From: Patescibacteria group bacterium
Lineage (GTDB): Bacteria > Patescibacteriota > Minisyncoccia > JACROR01
Direction of reading: 5' to 3'
DNA length: 55,545 nt
Assembly (NCBI GenBank): GCA_038065295.1
Contig: JBBTRG010000005.1
Location: 1-55,545 of the forward strand
Position 1 is the first letter of the stretch. The number at the start of each line of letters is the position of its first letter. The notes below the pieces were generated by a model that saw only the letters and a program-made list of their open reading frames with translations, was not told the DNA's origin and did no database searches. This document shows positions 35,667 to 44,244 of the stretch, piece by piece. The position numbers and the translations under genes were made by a program.

Positions 35667-37490
35667 CTATTTACTAAAAGTATATAAAAACAAGTTATTT
35701 GAATCAAAAATTAATTGAACGCCGTCCAACTGGCCAACAATATTTTTAGGCAACGAGCCTACCGATAAAATATAATCCAAGCGATACTTGTTCAATTCCG
35801 CCTTAAAATCTCGCGCCATAAATTGGCGATAGTTTTCTGGAAATTCTTTTAATCTTTGTTCTAATACGCGGTCTGAAAAGTCCGGAAAATCATTTGCCGG
35901 ATGGCCATAAACTCCCAGCCAATTGGAATAAAGATGGCCTCTCGCCTCTCTCTTATTTGCTTGCAAATATTCGTCTATCGCGTCCGCTTCAACGCCATTA
36001 AACCGAAGAGCAACGAGATAGCCATGAGAAGATCTTTCATTGGGCATGAGCGATGGCGCTTCAGTGGAAGAATAACGATTACAATGAGTAAAAGCGGGGA
36101 TCATAACATTCAACATCTTGCTCTCCGGCCCGTCTTCTCGAACCAACACCACACAATCTTTTTCTTTTTTATTCAGCTCATCAAACAATGGAGCGTATGA
36201 TTGCAAATTGCGATAATACCCATAAGACCCGCTGTTATAAACGCTCGCCTGCGTATAAATACCAAACGACAAAGACGCCAATATCACTGCAAAGACTCCC
36301 GCGCGCCACAACCACGCAGACTCTTTTCTGACAATATTGTAAAGCAAAACCATAAAAACTATCATCGCCAAAGGAATAGAATACTGCACAAAATGATACG
36401 GCCAAACGGTTCTGCCGGTAATAATCTGCTGGCTATATGTCCACAACGACCCCAAAATGAGAGCCAAACAAAACCAGTGCCAATCTTTGAATGAACCAAA
36501 AATCCTGTCCTTCATAGCCGCGGCCTTATCCGAATGTTTTAATACGGAAAATAAAACTACAACGATATACAGGGCTAAAATCGCAAGCGTCAACTTATTC
36601 AAAAGCGGATAATGCGTATAAAACAAGCCGCTTCGCAAAAGCGAATCTTCATACCATGGACTTTGGCTTACTTGCCATGAGATATACCAATAAGGCGAAG
36701 CTAAAAGCAGTCCAAACCACACAACGGCAATTAAATTTTTTATTATTCGGTAATCTTTTTTTAAGAGATAAATTAAAACAAGCATAGCAACAACGGAAAC
36801 GGCCATGCCCCAGCTGAAAAAATAACTGCCAATCATTAAAGCTAAAAATGTGGCCGCGCCGACTATGGTTTTTTTATCGCTTTTCCCCCGAATGATAAAC
36901 CAGATAAAAATCAAAAATGACATTAAAAACATCGCTCCCAAAATGGGATTAACCGGACGCGCCCAAATTAAAAAATTACCCGCCAAGTTTTGCTCTCCCG
37001 ATAAAAAAGATAAAATGCTGCGGTAATCAACCAAATCGTAACCGAGCGTCACCAGTAACGCGCCCGCGACAGCGTTGATTTTTTTAGAAAATAATTGATT
37101 GTCGCCAGAATCAGAAAGGTGGTAAATCAGAAAATAAACCAGCAAGAATAAAATAAACGGGAAGAAAAATCTGCTCGCAATAATGACATTGATCGGCGAG
37201 ACATTTAACACCATGCTCGGAACGGCATAAAACATCTCTCCTATCGGAGGCGCAATCGGCCACTCGTCTTTATATTCAAACATAAACGGCGAACCAAGCA
37301 TCGGATGGCCATCTAAAATCTCGCGAATTCTCGCCAAATAACTTATCTCATTGGCCGTCTGCATCATCGGTATGCCCTTATAGTGATCCCCGAGTGACCA
37401 TAAAAAAAATATGCCCGGAATGATATAAATCAAACCCACGAACACCGCGAAAAAAACCGCCAAATAGTGTTTCTTGAAAAAATCCGTCAT
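35667..37490 (-). CDS. large polytopic membrane protein, possibly GT-C-like glycosyltransferase
   Basis: 607 aa with about 12 hydrophobic helices and then a ~190-aa soluble C-terminal domain. The first loop 'TANEISYLARIREIL' resembles the ArnT/PMT loop-1 motif, but with NE instead of DE. Confidence 0.4.
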   Translation of the reverse strand: MTDFFKKHYLAVFFAVFVGLIYIIPGIFFLWSLGDHYKGIPMMQTANEISYLARIREILDGHPMLGSPFMFEYKDEWPIAPPIGEMFYAVPSMVLNVSPINVIIASRFFFPFILFLLVYFLIYHLSDSGDNQLFSKKINAVAGALLVTLGYDLVDYRSILSFLSGEQNLAGNFLIWARPVNPILGAMFLMSFLIFIWFIIRGKSDKKTIVGAATFLALMIGSYFFSWGMAVSVVAMLVLIYLLKKDYRIIKNLIAVVWFGLLLASPYWYISWQVSQSPWYEDSLLRSGLFYTHYPLLNKLTLAILALYIVVVLFSVLKHSDKAAAMKDRIFGSFKDWHWFCLALILGSLWTYSQQIITGRTVWPYHFVQYSIPLAMIVFMVLLYNIVRKESAWLWRAGVFAVILASLSFGIYTQASVYNSGSYGYYRNLQSYAPLFDELNKKEKDCVVLVREDGPESKMLNVMIPAFTHCNRYSSTEAPSLMPNERSSHGYLVALRFNGVEADAIDEYLQANKREARGHLYSNWLGVYGHPANDFPDFSDRVLEQRLKEFPENYRQFMARDFKAELNKYRLDYILSVGSLPKNIVGQLDGVQLIFDSNNLFLYTFSK

Positions 37491-38209
37491 TTTTTTATTC
37501 CAATAAAATAAAAAATGTGGGCTATTTTTTTCGCGGATTCATAGCGAACGAAAATAAAATCCAAAAGATTTAACGGAGCAAAAATAACCATAAAAAACAG
37601 AGTTAAAATTTGCTGGAGAAGATCCGAATTAAACGATAACGCCATGGCCAGCCACTCTCTTAAAATATAAGTCATGGCATTGGTGGGTCCCACCGCGATG
37701 CCCAACTCTTCTTCTTTGAAATCTTTCAATAACTCCCTCAAACCAGAGGTTGTCCATCTCTGATAGTCTCCCGGAGAAGAATGAAAACCGACTATAAACG
37801 GAGTGGAGATATAAACCATGCCATCAGGCTTCAAAACTCTATACATCTCTCTTACTGCCGCTATTGGATCTTTCACGTGCTCCAACAGGCATTCGGCGAT
37901 TACGGCATCCGCGTAATTATCTTCGAAAGGAAGTTGGCATACATCGGCCACAACATCCACTCCCGCATAAGGAGAGATATCCACATTGACAACGTCTTCC
38001 CTCACCTTTTTAACGCCAGCGCCCAAATTAATAATTACAGAACCAACGGGAAGATGCGCGATGCTTTTTTTGGCGGACTTGCCGACAAATATCCCCATTG
38101 TATAGTAAAGAAAAAGGAAAAAACTGGGATACTTTTTTAGAAAATTTTTCAACTTTAATATGAAACCGTCCGGCGTTTTGTCTTCCATTCTATGGTTATT
38201 TTTTTCCAT
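37487..38209 (-). CDS. class I SAM methyltransferase (Methyltransf_11-like) with hydrophobic C-terminus
   Basis: VINLGAGVKKV, ADAVIAECLLEHVKDP, YRVLKPDGMVYISTP, and a C-terminal LTLFFMVIFAPLNLLDFIF. Confidence 0.8.
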   Translation of the reverse strand: MEKNNHRMEDKTPDGFILKLKNFLKKYPSFFLFLYYTMGIFVGKSAKKSIAHLPVGSVIINLGAGVKKVREDVVNVDISPYAGVDVVADVCQLPFEDNYADAVIAECLLEHVKDPIAAVREMYRVLKPDGMVYISTPFIVGFHSSPGDYQRWTTSGLRELLKDFKEEELGIAVGPTNAMTYILREWLAMALSFNSDLLQQILTLFFMVIFAPLNLLDFIFVRYESAKKIAHIFYFIGIKK

Positions 38210-38247
38210 AAAGAATAGTATATGTTATATTATTCTGATAATCAATT

Positions 38248-39138
38248 ATGAAAACGGACGATAATTTAGATAAAAAAATAAACAATTGGTGGGACGCCCA
38301 CCCTTTTACATGGGGCATTTCTCAAGAAAGCTCCGATTTGGTCGGCCGAATAGACCGGTCAAAAATGGACCTGAATTATTTTGAAGAAATAGAAAGAAAA
38401 TTCAGAAAACACTGCAAAGATGGGGCACAAAAAGACGGCGCCCCCCTGCTTTCCAATTTAATTGATTACGGCTGGCTTCGGGGAAAAAAAGTTCTGGATA
38501 TAGCGACCGGTTCCGGATTTGCCATGATAGCGTTTATCAAGGGCGGAGCCGATGTAACAGGAATAGACCTGACTGATTTTGCCGTAGAACAAGCGAAAAA
38601 AAATCTGGCTTGTAGAAATCTTCAAGGTGAGGTCATAAAAATGGACGCCCAGCAAATGAATTTTAGCGACAAATCATTTGATTTCGTAAATGCCTGGGGA
38701 TGCCTTATGCATATGCCCGACACCCAAAAAGCAATCAATGAAATATATCGCGTGCTTAAGCCAAATGGCAAAGCGCTTGCTTATATGTACAACAAAAATT
38801 CCTGGCCATTTTGGTTTAACCTGATCTTTTTACGAGGCGTTCTCTTGGGTCAATTAATTCGTTACAGATTTGACATTGATCGCCTGACAAGCAGATTCAG
38901 CGATGGTTTTTCCGTGGGTGGCAACCCGCTTGCCAAATTTTATACTCCGAAACAGGCCGCCGCGTTTTTTAAAAATGCCGGATTTGAAAAAATAGAAGCA
39001 GTCCCATGGCAACTTCCGCATGAACCAGATGGTTGGCCTATGAAAAAATTTCCGATATTTCGTTATCTCCCCGCGCAAATAAAACAATTCTTGTCTAAAA
39101 GATGGGGCTACGGATTAATTGTGAGGGCTGAAAAATAA
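38248..39138 (+). CDS. class I SAM methyltransferase (Methyltransf_11-like)
   Basis: VLDIATGSGFAMIAF, GIDLTDFAVEQAKKN, FDFVNAWGCLMHMPD, YRVLKPNGKA. Confidence 0.8.
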   Translation: MKTDDNLDKKINNWWDAHPFTWGISQESSDLVGRIDRSKMDLNYFEEIERKFRKHCKDGAQKDGAPLLSNLIDYGWLRGKKVLDIATGSGFAMIAFIKGGADVTGIDLTDFAVEQAKKNLACRNLQGEVIKMDAQQMNFSDKSFDFVNAWGCLMHMPDTQKAINEIYRVLKPNGKALAYMYNKNSWPFWFNLIFLRGVLLGQLIRYRFDIDRLTSRFSDGFSVGGNPLAKFYTPKQAAAFFKNAGFEKIEAVPWQLPHEPDGWPMKKFPIFRYLPAQIKQFLSKRWGYGLIVRAEK

Positions 39139-39150
39139 TATTTCTTAATT

Positions 39151-39188
39151 AAAAAAATCCGCGGTTCGTAAACCGCGGATTTAAAATT
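39151..39188. terminator. bidirectional Rho-independent terminator between convergent genes
   Basis: Perfect 12-bp stem aaatccgcggtt / aaccgcggattt with a 4-nt loop, flanked by an A-run upstream and T/A-rich sequence downstream. Read on the minus strand it is followed by TTTTAATT. Confidence 0.8.
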
Positions 39189-39191
39189 AAC

Positions 39192-39926
39192 TTACTCAAG
39201 CCATTTCTCAAAATCTTTCAAAAATTGACCGACAACTTCATCGGTTTTAAAGTGCGAGATCATGTTGGGGAAAAACTTCGGAGGAACGGTAACAATGTGC
39301 GCGCCAGCCATGCCAGCTTCTATCACATCAGTACCATGTCGGATACTGCCGACAATAATCTGCGCGTCAGGATATGAATCATCAAGCATGGAACGAACGG
39401 TACGCACCACATGCGGAGGATCAAAGTCCCCCTCTTTCATGGCGCCCTTTTTGATAAGAGCCGACTTTGCTTCGGTCCAGTTCGGATGCATTCCGCCATC
39501 GCCTATGCGTCCCCAAAAAAGACTCACATAACTCGCGCCTGCCGCCGCGGCCATCAATGCCTGCGACACGCTCATATTGCAGGTACAATTAACCGAGAAA
39601 CCATTCTGGCTCAATTCTCGTATCACCTCCAGCTCGTCCCAGCCGACAGGTATTTTGATGCTCAATTGAGGATGTTTGAAAGTTTCTTTAAAATTCCGCG
39701 CTTGTTTCAAAATCTCTTGAGGATCCTTGGAAAATACCTCCACGCTCAAATGAGCACTTGGCTGATATTTATTAATAAGATCCAGGATTTTGCCCACATG
39801 CGCATTAAAGTTGCCTTTTGGCTCTTTAGCTAAAAGCGAAGGATTGGTGGTAACGCCCCTAACAAATCCGCGCTTAAGCGCCGCCTCAATATCCGGTAAG
39901 CGTGCCGTATCCACAAACAATTTCAT
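39192..39926 (-). CDS. tal: transaldolase / fructose-6-phosphate aldolase family (TalC/FSA type)
   Basis: MKLFVDTARLPDIEAALKRGFVRGVTTNPSLLAKE, a Schiff-base Lys context LSIKIP, and VSLFWGRIGD. Confidence 0.85.
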   Translation of the reverse strand: MKLFVDTARLPDIEAALKRGFVRGVTTNPSLLAKEPKGNFNAHVGKILDLINKYQPSAHLSVEVFSKDPQEILKQARNFKETFKHPQLSIKIPVGWDELEVIRELSQNGFSVNCTCNMSVSQALMAAAAGASYVSLFWGRIGDGGMHPNWTEAKSALIKKGAMKEGDFDPPHVVRTVRSMLDDSYPDAQIIVGSIRHGTDVIEAGMAGAHIVTVPPKFFPNMISHFKTDEVVGQFLKDFEKWLE

Positions 39927-40474
39927 CGTACACCTCCTTTTTCCATACTTAAAATCATCTTCGCTGCGGACAATAGATCATTAGAAGCATAATCACGAAC
40001 AATACCGATATTATAATTTGTCCTTACTAATACGGTTTTGCATCCTGCCGCCTGTCCCGCCAGCATATCGTTTTGAGTATCGCCGACCATATACGACCGG
40101 CTAAGATCAATGTTCCACATTTCTGCCGCCAAAAACAGCATGCCGGGCTTCGGTTTTTTGCAGGGACAATTAACCTCCCTGGTGTGGCGGCACATAAATA
40201 TGTCGTCAAAAGCTAAAGTGCGGACTTGTCTGTGAATTTTTTGCCATTCTTCCTCCAGTATATGGCCGTAAGCCACATCCGGCTGATTGGTAATCAAAAT
40301 ACAGAGAAATCCATTTTTCTTTAAACGAGACAACGCTTCAAGCGTGCCGCTTAAATCCAAAAAGGCAAATTCTTGAAAATGGAAAGGTGCGGTGGGGAGG
40401 GTAAATCCTTCATGATAAACCGGCTTCACCACCACACCATCGCGATCAATAAAAACCGCGCGCTTTTTACTCAT
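39923..40474 (-). CDS. gmhB: D-glycero-D-manno-heptose 1,7-bisphosphate phosphatase (HAD-IIIA)
   Basis: AVFIDRDGVV, ITNQPDVA, and a Zn motif CRHTREVNCPCKKPKPGM. Confidence 0.8.
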   Translation of the reverse strand: MSKKRAVFIDRDGVVVKPVYHEGFTLPTAPFHFQEFAFLDLSGTLEALSRLKKNGFLCILITNQPDVAYGHILEEEWQKIHRQVRTLAFDDIFMCRHTREVNCPCKKPKPGMLFLAAEMWNIDLSRSYMVGDTQNDMLAGQAAGCKTVLVRTNYNIGIVRDYASNDLLSAAKMILSMEKGGVR

Positions 40475-41096
40475 ACTGATTAATCAGCTCTTTCAAGCGA
40501 AAAGTAATCAGGTGCGCAAGCAACACGTGCATGGATTCAACCAACGGAGTTGATTCCGCCGGAACCACCACGCAATGATGGCACATGGTTTTCATGACTC
40601 CGCCGTCAAACCCGGAGAAACCGATAGTAATGCCGCCATTGTCTTTAACATACTGAATCGCTTGCAATAAGTTCTGCGACCAAGCGCCATCTTTGTCTGA
40701 TCCTGAACCGCCATGAACGCTGAAGGCAATTAAAATATCACCGGGCGCATAAAAGGTGCGCAATTGCTCAACAAAAAGACTTCCCTTGCCCCAGTCGTTC
40801 ACCAAAGCGCTAGCAAGAGGGATATTGTCCGCCAGAGAAATGGCTGCAATCCCCGGGCACCCCATATTGGAAACAACCGTCTTGACCAAATCCGCCGCAA
40901 AATGAGTAGCAGTGGAAGCAGAACCGCCGTTGCCAATTAAAAACACCTGCTGGCGGCCGATCCAGGCATTAAATAACGCCTTTGTGATGGCTTCCAACTG
41001 CGACTGGGCCGATTTGAGACATTCTGTAGTCCGTGCAGTATCGGCAAAAAACTTTTGGTAATAAGCGTCTGTGGTTTCATCAAAAGTCATATCCAT
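40467..41096 (-). CDS. gmhA: phosphoheptose isomerase (SIS domain)
   Basis: FLIGNGGSASTATHFAADL. GGAGG lies immediately upstream of ATG 41096. Confidence 0.85.
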   Translation of the reverse strand: MDMTFDETTDAYYQKFFADTARTTECLKSAQSQLEAITKALFNAWIGRQQVFLIGNGGSASTATHFAADLVKTVVSNMGCPGIAAISLADNIPLASALVNDWGKGSLFVEQLRTFYAPGDILIAFSVHGGSGSDKDGAWSQNLLQAIQYVKDNGGITIGFSGFDGGVMKTMCHHCVVVPAESTPLVESMHVLLAHLITFRLKELINQYE

Positions 41097-41173
41097 CCTC
41101 CTTTATGTATTTAGTTGTAAAATAGCTTTCTTAACTTATCACCATAAAAGCACAAAAGCTAAATTTTATCAAT

Positions 41174-41201
41174 ACAAAAAGCGGGCAGTAACTGCCCGCT
41201 T
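41174..41201 (-). terminator. Rho-independent terminator after the heptose kinase gene
   Basis: On the minus strand: stem GCGGGCAG/CTGCCCGC (8 bp; extends to AAGCGGGCAG/CTGCCCGCTT if the flanking residues, which overlap the T-run, are counted), 3-nt loop, followed by TTTTTGTATT. It starts 7 nt after the stop at 41208. Confidence 0.7.
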
Positions 41202-41207
41202 GAATGC

Positions 41208-42194
41208 TTAAAGATTTATCACCGTGGTTCGCGCGCCTTGGTCGTCAATACGCAGGTTCATCTCGCGCATTCCAAAGTCCGCCAACGCGCGCCGCACGGA
41301 TTGCTTATCGTCCTCCGAACGACAATAAAACATAAAATATCCGCCTCCGCCGGCGCCCATTATCTTGCCGCCAAGTGCTCCGGCTGTTTTGGCTGCCGCA
41401 TATACCACATCCAGCCATTCATTGGTCATATTGACAGATATTTCTTTTTTAATGTTCCAATGCTCATCCAAAAGCCGTCCGAAATCGTCTAGAGCTCCGC
41501 GCTCAAATGCCATAAGAATATCCTGACCAATGTGCTTCGTGCGATGTTTCAATTCAAGCACCCGCTTGTGGCTTTGCGCATCCAAGAGCGATTTGCTGTT
41601 ACGCCGTATGCCAGTGTAATAAAACAGAGTGTTTTGCCAAAATGCTTCTGCGGTTTCCGGCTTGATAGCCGGTCTGCGCACAGTCACTTGACCATCCTGC
41701 CCTATATCCAGCACCATAAATCCGCCCAAAGCGCATGCGTACGGATCTTGCTTGCCATCCGGCAGTCCAAGATTTTGTGTAAGCACAAACGACTGCTCCG
41801 CCGCCACTAAATTACTAATCTCTCTGCCTTTATATAAAGACAGGCCTTTTAGCAATCCGACAGAACACGCGCCGGACGAGCCAAGTCCAGTTCCGGCAGG
41901 AGTGTCCGCCGTAAAAGAAACAAGCACTTTATTTTCTATACCCATCATCCTTAGGGCCTCTCTGCCAATAGTATGCTTGATCCTGTCAGCAGACGGCTCA
42001 TACTCATACTGCATATACTGCATATGGACATGATCATCACTTAGAGGTTTCTTAATCACAATATCCATATACATATTGATAGCTGCCGCGAATATAAATC
42101 CGCCGTACTTTTCATAATACGAAGGCAGATCGGTAGAACCGCCGCCGAGCGGCAACCTAAAAGGCGTTCTGCTTAATATAATAGATGGTGGCAT
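41208..42194 (-). CDS. hddA: GHMP sugar kinase, D-glycero-alpha-D-manno-heptose 7-phosphate kinase-like
   Basis: ILSRTPFRLPLGGGSTDLPSYY, GHMP motif PAGTGLGSSGACSVGLL, and GAGGGGYFMF. It lies in the heptose gene context. Confidence 0.7.
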   Translation of the reverse strand: MPPSIILSRTPFRLPLGGGSTDLPSYYEKYGGFIFAAAINMYMDIVIKKPLSDDHVHMQYMQYEYEPSADRIKHTIGREALRMMGIENKVLVSFTADTPAGTGLGSSGACSVGLLKGLSLYKGREISNLVAAEQSFVLTQNLGLPDGKQDPYACALGGFMVLDIGQDGQVTVRRPAIKPETAEAFWQNTLFYYTGIRRNSKSLLDAQSHKRVLELKHRTKHIGQDILMAFERGALDDFGRLLDEHWNIKKEISVNMTNEWLDVVYAAAKTAGALGGKIMGAGGGGYFMFYCRSEDDKQSVRRALADFGMREMNLRIDDQGARTTVINL

Positions 42195-42301
42195 TTTATT
42201 GCTCCCTTATTAAAGTTTAAAAGTGCCGCTTTTTATACTGTAACTTATTTTGACATTAGCCCGTTTTCATTCTTTACGCAAGCGTTAATCCGGCGAGCTC
42301 T

Positions 42302-43231
42302 TTATGCCTTAGCGGTATTTTTCTTGGCGTATCTGTCAACTTGATTAGCAATATTTACAATACGCGCGCCTATATTTCCATCGGCATACCGGACATTTTT
42401 TTTCTTGACGGCTTTTAGAAATGTTTCTAATTCCATTTCGAGCGGTGTTGTTTTCAATTCATAAAATTGCTTACCGCCGCCTCTTATTTCAATAAAATTT
42501 CTCCCAAAGTCGCAATGGATTATTTTATCGCGAAGATAGAAATCAAGTATTCTCTCTTTCTCTTCTCCTCGCCATCCAAGCTCAAACACAGCATACATTC
42601 CATTCGGGTAATATAATTCGGCCGCAGTCACGCGACTCCTGACTCTGCCCGAAATAATAATCGGCATCTTTTCAAAAATGTCATCTAAGATATCAAAAAG
42701 ATGCAAATTATCCAGCGCAGCGGTTTTACCTTTTTTCCAAGTGTTAAACGGACTGATAAATTCTCCCCTTATATAATAAGGTTGGTTGCTTTTTGAGCTA
42801 AACATTAATTTGAGAGCTTTTATAATTGGATGAAACCTAAAAATATGCCCCACCATCAGCACTCTTCCGTAGACATCGGATAGTCGTTTGAGCTCGCGCG
42901 CCTGCCGAACAGTTTCAGCCAATGGCTTTTCCACGAAAACATTGGCATAACGCAAACATTTTTTTGCCAGCTCAAAATGGGTATTGGTAGTGGTCACGAT
43001 ATCAACCGCATCAACATGTTTAAGCGTATTCACGTCAATATTGTCAAAAACGGGAATTCTGTATTCTTTTTTTATTTTTTCTCTTAATGCTTTGCTTTTT
43101 TCCACCACGCCAACCAAATTGATCTTTTTCAGCTTTTCCAATGCGAGCCAAACGCGCAAATGATTTTTCCCAAACCAGCCAGCGCCAATAAGCAATATAT
43201 TTATAGGATGCATATCATTTGTTATCAACAA
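42302..43231 (-). CDS. Gfo/Idh/MocA family oxidoreductase
   Basis: INILLIGAGWFGKNHL and VFVEKPLA. Confidence 0.7.
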   Translation of the reverse strand: MLITNDMHPINILLIGAGWFGKNHLRVWLALEKLKKINLVGVVEKSKALREKIKKEYRIPVFDNIDVNTLKHVDAVDIVTTTNTHFELAKKCLRYANVFVEKPLAETVRQARELKRLSDVYGRVLMVGHIFRFHPIIKALKLMFSSKSNQPYYIRGEFISPFNTWKKGKTAALDNLHLFDILDDIFEKMPIIISGRVRSRVTAAELYYPNGMYAVFELGWRGEEKERILDFYLRDKIIHCDFGRNFIEIRGGGKQFYELKTTPLEMELETFLKAVKKKNVRYADGNIGARIVNIANQVDRYAKKNTAKA

Positions 43232-44156
43232 TATCGCGAATTATATATGGCGAACTGCCAATGGAGGCGTAATGCATACGCAATAACATTTCGGCAAGCA
43301 ATCCCATCATAAAAAGCATGATGCCAAGAGTGATAAAAAGCGCGCCAAGCTCCGGAAGAGGCGATTCCGTAAAATTTACTATGCCCATGACACGCAAAAT
43401 AATTGAGGTGCCCACGGATATTGCCGATAATATCATGAAGAAAACTCCCCATCCGCCAAAAAATCTAAGTGGTTTTGAAAAATACTTAATCAAAAAAGCG
43501 AAGCTTACCAAATCAAAACCTGCTTTTAACATATTAGTAATTTTAATTTTTGCCTGACCGGACTTCCTAAAATAATTGGAAACCGGAACCTCGCATACCC
43601 TCGCGCCTCGCTCTTTGGCCACAACCGGAAGAAAAACCTGAACATTCCCCCACAATCTAAAATCTTTAATAAATTTGCTACGATACGCTTTTAAGCCGCA
43701 TCCGTAATCATGAAGTTTCAACCCCAACAACAATCTGACCACCATATTGGCAAATTGCGAAAACACAATGCGAGTCCAATGATCATTTCGTTTTTGCCGC
43801 CAGCCCACTGAGACATCGTATCCTTCTTCTATTTTTTGAAGCAATAATGGAATTTCCGCCGGATCGTCCTGCAAATCCGCATCTATGAAAATAATGATAT
43901 TGCCACTTGCGCGTTCAATGCCCGTATCAAACGCGGGGGTTTCTCCATAATTTCTTTGGTGAGTAATAAGCGTTAACGGCTTGAGTTGCCTGGCAATTTC
44001 ATAGGTATCATCGCTTGATCCGTCATTAACAAAAATAATTTCATAAGGAGATTTTTGTTTTTCCAGAACCGCTACAAGACGCTCATGAAGCTCTCGCACT
44101 GTTCCTGCTTCATTAAAAATTGGCACTACAACTGAAATTGTGTTTTTTTCGCTCAT
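43215..44156 (-). CDS. GT2 polyprenol-phosphate glycosyltransferase (DPM1/ArnC/GtrB-like, two C-terminal TMs)
   Basis: ISVVVPIFNEAGTV, IIFVNDGSSDDT, IIFIDADLQDDP, and a C-terminal pair of helices. Confidence 0.8.
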   Translation of the reverse strand: MSEKNTISVVVPIFNEAGTVRELHERLVAVLEKQKSPYEIIFVNDGSSDDTYEIARQLKPLTLITHQRNYGETPAFDTGIERASGNIIIFIDADLQDDPAEIPLLLQKIEEGYDVSVGWRQKRNDHWTRIVFSQFANMVVRLLLGLKLHDYGCGLKAYRSKFIKDFRLWGNVQVFLPVVAKERGARVCEVPVSNYFRKSGQAKIKITNMLKAGFDLVSFAFLIKYFSKPLRFFGGWGVFFMILSAISVGTSIILRVMGIVNFTESPLPELGALFITLGIMLFMMGLLAEMLLRMHYASIGSSPYIIRDIVDNK

Positions 44157-44203
44157 TGATGCAAATCTTGTTATTGCAAACTAAATTCCTACATAGCTAA
44201 ATA

Positions 44204-44234
44204 TACAAAAAAAGCGGGGTCTATTCAACCCCGC
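44204..44234 (-). terminator. Rho-independent terminator after the radical SAM gene
   Basis: On the minus strand: stem GCGGGGT/ACCCCGC (7 bp) with a 7-nt loop, followed by TTTTTTT. It starts 11 nt after the stop at 44245. Confidence 0.7.
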
Positions 44235-44244
44235 ATCAATAAAA

